Shown here piece after piece: positions 24,416 through 36,479 of a stretch of 64,000 nucleotides of DNA. The stretch's first letter is position 1. Each line of letters opens with the position of its first letter. The notes beneath the pieces were generated by a model, which made no database searches, was not told the origin of the DNA, and saw only the letters and a program-made list of their open reading frames with translations. The stretch is from Nemertoderma westbladi (taxonomy: Eukaryota > Animalia > Xenacoelomorpha). The stretch spans positions 1 through 64,000 of the forward strand of contig JAUCBJ010007937.1 in assembly GCA_032718475.1 (NCBI GenBank), written 5' to 3'. Position numbers and translations under genes: made by a program.

Positions 24416-25071
24416 TTAGGAGTTTACAAATAGATTCCACGTACCTGTACACCGTAGTAAGGACAGCGGTAGAATTCCATTGTCTTTATATGTGAACATT
24501 GAGGGTAGTACCCTTATGTGTCACATAGGAGCGGGATTTGTAGGTATAAGAAATGGAATTCTACTCGGAACTCACAATATTGAGACATTTTCGAAATTTT
24601 AGACAATCCATTTGGATTTAAAAATTTTTAAAAAATTTCTCCAGTGAATAGATTTCAGGGTACAGTCGGGTGGAACTTAAAATTAGAGAAACAAGAGAGG
24701 AAGACTTGCGAGCCTTTCTTAAAATTTTAATTAAATTTTACACGGTCTTGTTTCAATAAGTTACGTCAAATAGACTCCCCTATATTTATTACTAATTCTT
24801 GATTGCTTATTTTCTGATAATAGTTTGGGATCAAAAAGTGAGTATTTTAGACTCACAGCCAGTTTAGCCCAAATTCGTTTTTACTTCGGCAAAAAATTTT
24901 AGATAAGAAGCAGCGTGTCATTAAAGAAACCCTAGATCTTAGGCTATGGGTAGGAGGTTAGAGCGTTGTCGAGCCCAAAGGGCAGACGAAACTCTCACGT
25001 CTCCTCACAACTAACTACAAACTCTGTTGTATTCCCTCTAGTAGTAATGATTATGTAACTACACCCTAATT

Positions 25072-28000
25072 ATGGAGAAAGGGATACAAGGAGAGCCGAG
25101 ATGGGGATATGATATCCAAGAGGAGGCAGCAGCGCCATTCGAAAGATTTGGAGCCAAGGATTACACTATATTTGGTATAAAAGAATTATCGGAAAGTACA
25201 GCGAAACTCGCGAGAACTAAATATGACTCGAATGTATTAAAGAGAAGGCAAAACGCATTAAACGAAAGAATCGAAAGTTTGCGCCAAACCTTCAACGAAC
25301 TCTACCCGTACGATGCTTTGTGTGATACGGGAGACATTAGCGAAGACCCCGATACTGAAATTAGTCGTTTGTATCATACCATGCAATACCTAAAGGCGCA
25401 CGAACCTATGCCCGCGGTAAGAGATGAATTCGATGGAATGCATCTTTACAGACGAACTCGAGGGGACGATAGAGAAACCAAAGAAGCATTTTCAGTTTAT
25501 AAACTTTATTATCAATGCGGTTCTTGTATGCGCGAACAACGAAATGCGATTCCGATGCGTTTGAATAAGGAAAATCCCGAACCGATATTGGCGAGGTGTT
25601 CGAATCATCAACAACTACGCTACCAGGAAGGAGGGTATCCTTTATCGAATCCATATCATTCATTTGCTATGACCGGACCAAAGGCGGGAGAAACTGTCAT
25701 TTACCCACCTAAGGTTGTTGAACCCGATGTATTTGAACTTACGCTGGACGAGGCGAATCAGTCAACCCGCGAAAAGAAAGAAGCTCTTAGCCTATACAGA
25801 GCCTACAAGGCTTTCGAGAAAGGTGAGATGGAAGAATGGGGTGGAAGACTCGCGAGCCTACCTTGCCATTGGACGTCACACGATCAAACTTCAGCTAAGG
25901 AGATGACACCGGAAGTTTTCGAGAGCATAAACTTCGCTCAAAACGTTATTCAGAGACTACAGATTGCATCCCCGGAGAGGCCAAGAGAAATGCAACCGTA
26001 TAGTACTTCAGCTACGAAACCATTGAGTACGACACTCAATTTCCCTATTAGTATACCAGTCCGACAGGATACGACGTACGAAATACCCATCGTGGATCAT
26101 CCAGAAATCATTTCGAACTTGGAGTTTCTTCCTGCAGTTGTTTTCAGCGATATGAGTAAGATATATGATTTACGTAGACATATTACTCAAAAGGTCGTGA
26201 ACAACGTTCCACCTCATATCCAAGATTTCAAGGAACTGGATAGAGCTGGTGACGACATAGCTCCGAGTAATCTGAAAGGATATCTAACCAAGACGATTCG
26301 TTTATGGATTGGAATCGGAACCTTCGAGTCGGATACAGATATTGCCGCAGATTGGCGAGGTAAGGTTATTCGTTTCGATGAGGATAAGGATATAGAGAAG
26401 ATTTGGCAACCTTCGGAAGAATTGTTGGACGAATGGACTAGGACGTTTAGATCGTTTCAGGAAAACGGTTATATGTTTTACGATAACGAGGGCGGCAGTC
26501 ATCAGCAGAGTTTGACTTCTAAGACTATACAGATTAGAGCAGCGGACGGAGTCCTGCACGTTTTCAGTAGACAGAGGAGCGACAAACGAATGCCGATACC
26601 TCCAGCGAATACAAAGCGACACCATCTTATCACCGATATAGTAAAGAAGATGGACCAAGCTTGTAATATTGACGCTAGAATGCTACCGAAGATGGTAAGA
26701 AACAAGATTTTAGATAAAACTGTTGTAAAGGTTGGATCAGGAGTAAGGGAGGATTTAATTAGCGACTTCGCCGGCATGACGGACAGCGATGACCGACTAC
26801 CGACACCATACGTCGACACTCGACCTCTTATTCTGTGGTCTATAGAACAGGGATATTTTCGTGAGTATAATACTCAGAAGACTGGAACTGGATACATTTC
26901 CTACCTGTTATTCAATTGGGATTATAAGGAAGGTAAAAGAAACAAGTATATTGAAACTTATGGAGAAGGTGATACTCCAGATATGAGTGAGTTTGAATCA
27001 CAGCTTAAATGGAGAGGATGCGTGTATTGGGCTATTACGTCACCTCCAAGAGCGGTCTTACAATATTATTTAGCAATAGAGTCGTCAGTGAATGTTTGCC
27101 TAATCGCCGACATTGTGTCTCGGACTCTCAAAAGACATCCACTTTGTCTCGGAGAAGATCATACGTTCTACATGGAAGGGAGAATTCGTACCGACGTGTT
27201 TAGACGATTCCTTGAACCCTTCTACAACTCCGACGCTCAATGTAATGCCTTTACTCGAGCAGGATTTAGCATATTTCGAGACGTGTATCTTCGCTGTGCG
27301 GGATCTCTTATCGAAAGACCATCTATGTTTACATTGTTACCTTATGAAGGAGAACGTATTGTGGAAATTACGGATGAATCACGGCAGACGCGCGCGCCTA
27401 TCGGTCACCTCGGTGATGATTTCAACGTAACTACTACGATCGCCGACGATCCTTTAGAGGAACTTCTTGAAATAGAAAGGAACCTCCCGAAGAAATCTCA
27501 GACGGAGATTCGACAACTTGAAGCAACAGATGCTATAGTTTGTATACAACCTTCAGAAACCTACCAACCCATAGACCCAGATGATTACGATTATAGTATG
27601 GGAGGAAGCGCTCGACCGATTGGAGATCTTATATACGAACGAGTGTGGTACCCTGCTAATACGATGTGTAGTAAATGTGGCGTCGCTGGACATCATATGG
27701 CAAAGTGCAGTGGAAAGCACATTACTACGACTCAGCTAATCTGTGGATGGTGTGGGGATCAAGGGTCTCATACCTTTTATACTTGCTGGAGATTTATGGC
27801 TCAATGTACTTACTGCAATATAAAAGGACATCGAGCATCTGAATGCCAACTGAGAGACATACCTTATGAACACGAATCTGTTAAACTCGTGAGGAAATTA
27901 TTTGATGAGTGGGAAGATTTGGCCGACGAACATGTATCGGCACAAAGAAGACGGTTTCCGATGAGAGCGCATCTCGGATTTTGGGCGGTAAATCCCCAGA

Positions 28001-28797
28001 CGATGATGTCGGAAGGATATATCTCCGCTATGCCTCAATATGACGAACTTATCGAGGTTGTCGATATTTTGCCCCACGACAGCGGATTCCGAGTGATGCG
28101 CGAGTATCTACTACAGATTCACCCGGATAACAAAAACACGTGGAATTTTCAGAAAGTCGTTAATCGGATTACGTATGGTGAATTCGATCGTTTCCGAACT
28201 GAAAAACGGAACAAGGGAGCTTGGTTAACCGTCGCATGGGCGTACCGAGCCGCGTTTTACCATAAACGTATACGAGTGAGCGTATTCGAGGAAGAAGAGG
28301 TCCTAGAGGCGACGAATATACCAGCCACTCCGGTTGCGCCGTCTGCACGTCACCCTCGGGAGGACGGACAGGGTAGGATCATACGGGTCCAGAAAGTGGG
28401 CCAACAATTGAAGAAAATTATTAATGTAGAAGAACGCAAGGGAGTTGAGCCGACTATTCGAGTTACTCGGGATACGGTATCACTTCCAAGAGAACCAGTA
28501 GGAGGATCGGGACATACACCAGCTGATCAACAGGGGGCGCAAGCTACTCTTGGGTCTGCGTCGTCCGCTTCTCACGCGTTCCCAGACGTTCTACCAACTG
28601 TAGTGACGACTGATCGGTCACGAGGAATTGGTCGAGGTTTTGGGATGCCAAATAGACGAATTTGCGAGGAAATAGTTGCACCGTCTCTCAACGTCCCAAG
28701 TAAACCAGTGACTCGCCCCATTAGTCCCATATCGCGAGCAAAGTCACCTGTGCGCAGTTTTCGAGGACGCGGCAGGGCTCGATCAACTAAGCGATAA
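25072..28797 (+). CDS. Accessory ORF of element B: DEDD(y)-like 3'-5' exonuclease plus 3 CCHC zinc knuckles, 1241 aa
   Basis: YMFYDNEG (ExoI), LPKMV...DKTVVKVGSGVRED (ExoII), YVDT, QYYLAIE (ExoIII-like); CSKCGVAGHHMAKC, CGWCGDQGSHTFYTC, CTYCNIKGHRASEC. Homologous to 39925-42474. Confidence 0.8.
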   Translation: MEKGIQGEPRWGYDIQEEAAAPFERFGAKDYTIFGIKELSESTAKLARTKYDSNVLKRRQNALNERIESLRQTFNELYPYDALCDTGDISEDPDTEISRLYHTMQYLKAHEPMPAVRDEFDGMHLYRRTRGDDRETKEAFSVYKLYYQCGSCMREQRNAIPMRLNKENPEPILARCSNHQQLRYQEGGYPLSNPYHSFAMTGPKAGETVIYPPKVVEPDVFELTLDEANQSTREKKEALSLYRAYKAFEKGEMEEWGGRLASLPCHWTSHDQTSAKEMTPEVFESINFAQNVIQRLQIASPERPREMQPYSTSATKPLSTTLNFPISIPVRQDTTYEIPIVDHPEIISNLEFLPAVVFSDMSKIYDLRRHITQKVVNNVPPHIQDFKELDRAGDDIAPSNLKGYLTKTIRLWIGIGTFESDTDIAADWRGKVIRFDEDKDIEKIWQPSEELLDEWTRTFRSFQENGYMFYDNEGGSHQQSLTSKTIQIRAADGVLHVFSRQRSDKRMPIPPANTKRHHLITDIVKKMDQACNIDARMLPKMVRNKILDKTVVKVGSGVREDLISDFAGMTDSDDRLPTPYVDTRPLILWSIEQGYFREYNTQKTGTGYISYLLFNWDYKEGKRNKYIETYGEGDTPDMSEFESQLKWRGCVYWAITSPPRAVLQYYLAIESSVNVCLIADIVSRTLKRHPLCLGEDHTFYMEGRIRTDVFRRFLEPFYNSDAQCNAFTRAGFSIFRDVYLRCAGSLIERPSMFTLLPYEGERIVEITDESRQTRAPIGHLGDDFNVTTTIADDPLEELLEIERNLPKKSQTEIRQLEATDAIVCIQPSETYQPIDPDDYDYSMGGSARPIGDLIYERVWYPANTMCSKCGVAGHHMAKCSGKHITTTQLICGWCGDQGSHTFYTCWRFMAQCTYCNIKGHRASECQLRDIPYEHESVKLVRKLFDEWEDLADEHVSAQRRRFPMRAHLGFWAVNPQTMMSEGYISAMPQYDELIEVVDILPHDSGFRVMREYLLQIHPDNKNTWNFQKVVNRITYGEFDRFRTEKRNKGAWLTVAWAYRAAFYHKRIRVSVFEEEEVLEATNIPATPVAPSARHPREDGQGRIIRVQKVGQQLKKIINVEERKGVEPTIRVTRDTVSLPREPVGGSGHTPADQQGAQATLGSASSASHAFPDVLPTVVTTDRSRGIGRGFGMPNRRICEEIVAPSLNVPSKPVTRPISPISRAKSPVRSFRGRGRARSTKR

Positions 28798-29532
28798 AAG
28801 GGAGGGCAAGGGTGGACGGAAGACTCGTGAGCCTTTCTTATGATTTGTGATTTATTTGAATTATATGTTTTATATTTAGGAAGTTTTGTATTCTGAAAGG
28901 GACTCATATTTAGTGAAACTTATATTCTATATTTGTGCTTATTCTGAACGCAATTTATATTTTATAAGCAGTATTTGTACCTAAAGAGAAAGTTTTATAG
29001 ACAGAAAATTTTGTGCTCAGAAAGACTCATATTTGTAATTATTCCAAACTTATGCAATCTACATTTAGGTACGAAAGTATTTGTAATTACTTGAATTTAT
29101 GCAATATTTGAGATGCAATAGTAGATGGAAGACTTGCGAGCCTTTCTTATTGTTTTCATTTATTTGTATTTGTAATTGTTTGAATTTTTGCAATATTTGA
29201 GATGCAATAGTAGATGGAAGACTTGCGAGCCTTTCTTATTGTTTTCATTTATTTGTATTTGTAATTGTTTGAATTTATGCAATATTTGAGATGCAATAGA
29301 TTTATATTGGTGAATTTAATTTAGATTTATATTGTACTTACTTAGTAAAGCCTTAAATACGTAAAGTTTGAATTTGTAATTAATTTTGTATCGAATCATT
29401 ACGTAGAAAGGAAGTATTGTTTGAAACTTAATTGTAAATATGTAAGTACGCCCTAAGTATTCTATAGTTTGATTGATTATTGGTGAAAACCGTATATTTT
29501 ATGCACGATAATATCCTGTTTTCATGGAGCGG

Positions 29533-31441
29533 TATAGAATTATATTCCCTAAATGCCGTGGATTTTCAAAATTTTATTTTATTCGGATTAACTTTGTAAA
29601 GATTGCTTTGAGTTCTCACTCGTATTGGTTCTATCTATTATGCATCTATCGGTCAAGTGGTTCAGTAGCTCAGTTGGTAGAGCGTTGGAAATTATATGTG
29701 TAGTAGGTATCGAGTTCGAATCCTAGTAAGTGCGAATTATTTTTTGTGCAGAATTTCAACTCATTTAAATTAACCGCTACAAATTAATTGCATTTGTCTG
29801 TACCAATGAGGCTGTAGTTATTTGATTGTAACCAATGTCGTGCAAGTTATATATTAGCTGGACCAATAGCTATCTTTAAAACCCTGTTAGAACCTATAGA
29901 ACAATCGGGAATTTTCTCGATTGATTGCGGCACAAATTTGGTATAAAAAGGTGCGATTTGTTCATTAGTTGACAATTATATCTATCTAATTCAATCTCAA
30001 TTGCTGATCTACCTTAACTTTCTGTCTTATTTCAGATTACATTGTTTATTGTATAATAGTTATTATATCTTTTGTAATAAAAGTCAGAAATACTAGTCAC
30101 ATCTCAGCCCTTTTCTATCTGTTTTACTATGGTTTCACTACGGTGAACAAACTCAGGGACAGGATGGCCGGCTAGAGATCGGGCCGCAGCAATGAACGGG
30201 AACATCACGGGAATGTAGACGAGAGACAACCCGCAATACCATTTAGAGTTATTCGCCCATCGCCTGAAAGGTTAGACAGCGTTCGATCCTTGCTACCTAA
30301 GTGTAAGACCAAAAGATCAAAAGGTAGACGTAGTGACACGCTGTAAGCCCAAAATTACATCATAGGGACTGTACCGTCTTGATTCAGGAAAAACCCACAG
30401 TAGACCTTCATATTCCTACGGGGGAGGGAGAGAGAGCAGATACTAGTACGCAGATAGGACGTAGGCACACCGGTACAAGGCATACACATTGGTTAGGGTG
30501 CAGCAAACTGTACGCTTAACTCTTGCTAAGTACAGGTGTGTGTGCGACTATTTACAGTACGACAGTGTCCATTACATCAGAACTTGTAGGCTAAGGGGGT
30601 TGCTGTGTTTTCACCTGAATTGGGATTGTACCGTTCAGGCGGTAGGGCAGTTTACACTAGGCGCAAATAAATTGAGGCTATCAGGGATATACTAACATCT
30701 ACCGTGTCCCCGCCAACGCCCTAATAGGAAGTTACCCGGACTACCTGGGTGACTAAAATTCTAGATAGGAGCCAGGATAGCTATTAGTACCCGTACGCCT
30801 ACAGTAGTAAACTAACACATCTCTTCTTAGTATCAGGGACCTGGTACCTAAAATTGCCGAATTCTGGGCGTAGTATTAACCTTATGCCTGAATTTGAGTC
30901 CTGGAAATACGCAAGAGGGGAAGGAACCTTATCATTCGTGAGTATTGGACCTACAAGTTACAAATTTAGAATATTCGTAAATGCACACCGCACCCAGTAA
31001 TTATATATGTGAAGGAGCAAAACTGTTTTGACCGTTCAGAATTAACACACGCGCGTTAGAAATTATTTACACCTCGAAATATATAAAATTAACTTTTGTC
31101 CGTACTGTGCTTTGCCCGCTAGTTAGACATCTCCAAATATCTGCTCTGTACCTAGCTAGCGTCCCTTTGCCCAACCATATAAATCACACCGCGGCAAAGT
31201 ATACGAGCCTCTTAGTCCGTCAGTGAGTCAGCCTGATTTTAGGATTCGCTGCGCGGGATTTTGTTTCATCGAAGTTTGTCTGCTCGTAGACTGTTTTCTG
31301 CCTCACCGGTTATAAGAGATCGATACTGCAATATATTCGCTTACTTAGAGTTTACTGTTTTGGTGAGAAGGTCGGATTTATGATTTGATTCACAAACTTT
31401 ACAGTAGGATATTGCAGGTATTGTTGCTGTCTCTTCAATTA
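29533..31441 (+). repeat. 3' LTR of element B
   Basis: Follows the PPT; followed by TSD GCTTA. Confidence 0.95.
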
Positions 31442-31504
31442 GCTTAATATAGCATATAGTGACAGGACAATTGTCCCTAGACAATTATTATTGCCCTCAA
31501 GACT

Positions 31505-32555
31505 ATTTCCTCCCAATTACACTTATATTTCCACCAAAGACACTTATATTTCCCCCCAATGATACTTATATTTTCCCCCAATTACACTTATATTTCCCTC
31601 TAATTACACTTATATTTCCCCCCAATGACACTTATATTTCCCCCCAATGGCACTTATATTCCCCCCCAATGACACTTATATTTCCCCCCGCCCCAAAGAC
31701 ACTTATATTTTCCCCCAATGACACTTATATTTCCCCCCGCCCCAAAGACACCTATATTTCCCCCAATGACACTTATATTTCCCCCCAATTACACTTATAT
31801 TTCCCCCTAATTACACTTATATTTTGCCAATGATACTTATATTTCACCCAATGACACTTATATTTCCCCCAATGGCACTTATATTTCCCCTCAATGACAC
31901 TTATATTTCCCCCCGCCCCAAAGACACTTATATTTCCCCCAATGACACTTATATTTTCCCCCAATTACACTTATATTTCCCCCTAATTACACTTATATTT
32001 CCCCCCAATGACACTTATATTTCCCCCCAATGATACTTATATTTCCCCCAATGACACTTATATTTCCCCCCAATGACACTTATATCCCCCCCAATGACAC
32101 TTATATTTCCCCCCAATGACTCTTATATTTCCCCCAAATTACACTTATATTTCCCCACAATGACACTTATATTTCCACCCAATCACACTTATATTCCCCC
32201 CCACCCCAATGACACTTATATTTCCCCCCCCCCCCAATGACACTTATATTTCCCCTCAATTACACTTATTTTTTCCTCCAAATACACTTATATTTCCCCC
32301 TAATTACACTTATATTTCCCCCAATGACACTTATATTTCCCCCAATGACACTTATATTTCCCCCCCCCAATGACACTTATATTTCCCCCAATAACACTTA
32401 TATTTCCCCCCGCCCCAAAGATACTTATATTTCCCCCAATGACACTTATATTTCCCCCAATTACACTTATATTTCCCCCTAATTACACTTATATTTCCCC
32501 CCAATGACACTTATATTTCCCCCCAATGACACTTATATTTTCCCCCAATGACACG
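31505..32555. repeat. ~22-bp minisatellite (CCCCCAATGACACTTATATTT)n
   Basis: Degenerate tandem array. Confidence 0.92.
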
Positions 32556-32559
32556 CATA

Positions 32560-34600
32560 TTACGTGCGGCAACTCCTACGCATGTAGGAGTTGCGACCAC
32601 AAGCGGTTTACTCTCGCAACTGAAAGATATGAGTATGAGAACCCTCCAGGAGAAATGCCGGCTCGGTCGTCGCCCGGGTCAACAAGGACCGCGTCCCCCA
32701 GTGGTACACCAGGCTGGGGTCGATAAATTGGCTACTGGAACAGAAGACAGAGAAGAAAGAAGAACCAACCTGCTGAAATGTAAAAAGACACTAAGATTGC
32801 TACAATGAACGCACGCACGCTGAAAGCACAGAGCAAACAGGGTGACATGGTCGCTCTGGCAATGGAATATAACATCGACATCATCTGCATCCAAGAACGT
32901 CGGATTTGTCATGAAGACACTGCCATGAAGTACAATGACATTGGAAATGGATGGACTTTTGTAACAAGCTCAGCAGTAAGAAACTCGGCCAATGCATCAA
33001 TTGGAGGAGTTGGAATTCTGCTAAGTCAATTTGCACTTATGACCCTAAACAACATCGAATCTATAAATTCCAGGGTTATGATAGCAACATTTGAGGGTAA
33101 TCCCAAGACAACAGTAATATGTTGCTACAGTCCAACCAATGCCTCAGAGCCAGAACAAGCAGTCAAGTTTTATGAAGATCTGACTGGACTTATAAAGGAC
33201 ATTCCGAAACACAACGTTAAAGTCATTGCTGGTTACCTGAATGCTCAAATTGGCCCAGAAGACATCAAGGGTTACACACATAACACCAGTTCTAATAGAA
33301 ATGGGTACTTACTTTTAGACCTAATGGAAGAATGTGAATTGATACCAACAAACACCACATTCGAAAAGAGTAAGGGGAAGCTATGGACCTTTCAATACCC
33401 TAATGGAACCAAAGCACAACTGGATTACATCCTCATAAACAAAAAGTGGAGAAACAGCATGATCAACTGCGAGGCATACAGCTCGTTCAACCTAATTGGT
33501 TCGGACCACAGAATTGTGACTGCAGAGATCAGACTCAGTTTGAGAGCCAGCAAACCTAGGACAAGCAAGCAAATCAACTATGACTGGGAGAAACTCAGAA
33601 CTGACAATGCAGTAAAGGATGCTTACACAGTAGAAGATCAAAACCGCTTTGAAGCACTCCAGTCAATGGATGAAGACCAGTCCACCGATTCAATATACCA
33701 GAATATAATAAAAGCCCACAAGGAATCAGCTAAGAGGCATATCCCCCAGAAACCCAAACGAAAACAGTATGTGCCATGGCGAAACTCTGAGGTTACTTGT
33801 AAGAGAGAAGATCTTAAGATAGCCTACAAAGTAAAAACCGAACAACCAACAACCGAAAACATTAACAAGGTTGAGAAAGCTAAGGATGATCTTAAATTGG
33901 CCTACAACATCAGCCAGGAAAAGTACATACAGGATAAAACTGAAGCAATTACAACTGCTCACATACAGCAACAATCAAGACTTACCTGTAATACCAGAAG
34001 TAATCGTTGCTGGCATTGGATTGTTATATTGTGACACAGAAGCGCAGGTACTCTCACCAGATGGTGAAACTGAGTTTTTCTCAATCCTGGCTGGCGTACT
34101 GCAAGGTGACACATTTGCACCATTACTATTTGTAATTGTGCTGGATTACGCAATAAGGACGGCCACAAAGGGTGAAGATCTGGGACTCACACTTCAAGAA
34201 CGCAGAAGTAGTAGATATCCGGCAACTACAGTCACAGACACCGACTTTGCGGATGACATCGCCCTGCTCTCTAATACGCTAGCAGATGTACAGCTTCTAC
34301 TAAATAAAGTGGAGAGGGCTGATAATGAGGTTGGATTGCATATAAATGCTACCAAGACCGAATTCATGACCTTTAATGTTGATGGAAACTTGACAACCAT
34401 TGATAATAATCAACTAAGTAAGGTCGATGACTTCCAGTACCTTGGATCATGGATAGAGAGTAGCAAAAAGGACATAGAAGTTAGGAAAGCAAAGGCTTGG
34501 GTAGCTCTATCAAGAATGGATACCATGTGGAAATCAGATTTCCCCAGGCACCTGAAGACTAAGTTCTTTCGAGCCACAGTGGAAAGTGTATTTTTATTAA
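32560..34600 (+). pseudogene. RTE-type non-LTR retrotransposon, internally deleted and 3' truncated
   Basis: AP endonuclease (TMNARTL, ICIQE, LDYIL, SDHR), then an RT remnant (GVLQGDT, FADD, YLGS); the first RT subdomains are missing near 33985-34030. Confidence 0.88.
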
Positions 34601-34603
34601 GTG

Positions 34604-34757
34604 AATATTCCACATTTTTTCCATAATAATATTACACATTTTTTCCATAATAATATTCCACATTTTTTCCATAATAATATTACACATTTTTTCCATAATA
34701 ATATTACACTTTTTTTCCATAATAATATTACACATTTTTTCCATAATAATATTACAC
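34604..34757. repeat. 24-bp tandem repeat x~6
   Basis: (TACACATTTTTTCCATAATAATAT)n. Confidence 0.9.
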
Positions 34758-34900
34758 ATAATAATTGTTTGTGTTAATTTTGAGTGATTTTTCATGGTTG
34801 AAGAGTAAAATCCACAAATAGTTACTGCATTATATATAAAAAACGAAGAAAATAATTTAAATAGTAATAATAATCTTTCAACATTAATTTCTTAATAAAG

Positions 34901-35067
34901 GTAATTTCTGAAGGGGTTTGGGAACTGAATGTTTTTCAACTGGATGTTGGCGATGTACTAGATGTAACGCTGGTTTTACGTAGCGATAACGAAGTTGACA
35001 CTAGAGAATCGACCTTCACGCAAACAATACGAGTTGTTAATTCCCGTCCACCGGATCTAACCCTAAG
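34901..35067 (+). CDS. Host exon, REJ domain (VISEGVWELN...LDVTLVL...QTIRVVNSRPPDLTL)
   Basis: aataaag acceptor gives phase 0 (matches the exon ending at 12757); gtaaat donor in phase 2; QxIxV...PP REJ pattern. Acceptor choice is inferred from phase. Confidence 0.72.
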
Positions 35068-36477
35068 GTAAATGTTATTCTACCTAACTATAATGTAAAT
35101 TATATTCTACCTAACTATTATGTAAATGTTATTCTACCTAACTATAATGTAAATGTTATTCTACCTAACTATAATGTAAATGTTATTCTACCTAACTATA
35201 ATGTAAATGTTATTCTACCTAACTATTATGTAAATGTTATTCTACCTAACTATAATGTAAATGTTATTCTACCTAACTATTATGTAAATGTTATTCTACC
35301 TAACTATAATGTAAATGTTATTCTACCTAACTATAATGTAAATGTTATTCTACCTAACTATAATGTAAGTGTTATTCTACCTAACTATAATGTAAATGTT
35401 ATTCTACCTAACTATAATGTAAGTGTTATTCTACCTAACTATAATGTAAATGTTATTCTACCTAACTATAATGTAAATGTTATTCTACCTAACTATAATG
35501 TAAATGTTATTCTACCTAACTATAATGTAAGTGTTATTCTACCTAACTATAATGTAAATGTTATTCTACCTAACTATAATGTAAGTGTTATTCTACCTAA
35601 CTATAATGTAAATGTTATTCTACCTAGCTATAATGTAAATGTTATTCTACGTTACTATAATGTAAATTATATTCTACCTAACTATTATGTAAATGTTATT
35701 CTACCTAACTATAATGTAAATGTTATTCTACCTAACTATAATGTAAATGTTATTCTACCTAACTATAATGTAAATGTTATTCTACCTAACTATTATGTAA
35801 ATGTTATTCTACCTAACTATAATGTAAATGTTATTCTACCTAACTATAATGTAAATGTTATTCTACCTAACTATAATGTAAGTGTTATTCTACGTAACTA
35901 TAATGTAAATGTTATTCTACCTAACTATTATGTAAATGTTATTCTACCTAACTATAATGTAAATGTTATTCTACCTAACTATAATGTAAATGTTATTCTA
36001 CCTAACTATAATGTAAATGTTATTCTACCTAACTATAATGTAAATGTTATTCTACCTAACTATAATGTAAGTGTTATTCTACCTAACTATAATGTAAGTG
36101 TTATTCTACCTAACTATAATGTAAATGTTATTCTACCTAACTATAATGTAAGTGTTATTCTACGTAACTATAATGTAAATGTTATTCTACCTAACTATTA
36201 TGTAAATGTTATTCTACCTAACTATAATGTAAATGTTATTCTACCTAACTATAATGTAAATGTTATTCTACCTAACTATAATGTAAATGTTATTCTACCT
36301 AACTATAATGTAAATGTTATTCTACCTAACTATTATGTAAATGTTATTCTACCTAACTATAATGTAATTGTTATTCTACCTAACTATAATGTAAGTGTTA
36401 TTCTACCTAACTATAATGTAAATGAAATTCTGCCTAACTACCTAACTATAATGTAAATGTTATTCTACCTAACTATA
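35068..36477. repeat. 27-bp satellite, ~52 copies (GTAAATGTTATTCTACCTAACTATAAT)n
   Basis: Highly homogeneous tandem array starting at the exon donor site. Confidence 0.95.
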
Positions 36478-36479
36478 TA

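Larger units (their letters stand above)
12832..31441 (+). mobile_element. Full-length young BEL/Pao LTR retrotransposon B (18.6 kb) with an accessory ORF, inserted in a host intron
   Basis: Two 1909-bp LTRs (one mismatch noticed), 5-bp TSD GCTTA (12827-12831 / 31442-31446), intact gag-pol, PPT GGAGCGG at 29526-29532. Confidence 0.96.

Noticed and set aside
25072-28797. env glycoprotein call for the post-pol ORF
   Set aside because: No signal peptide or transmembrane segment evident; exonuclease and knuckle motifs instead.
31459-32482. Several ORFs in the minisatellite
   Set aside because: Translations of a tandem repeat.
35068-36477. CRISPR-like array
   Set aside because: Contiguous tandem units without unique spacers; eukaryotic context, no cas genes.
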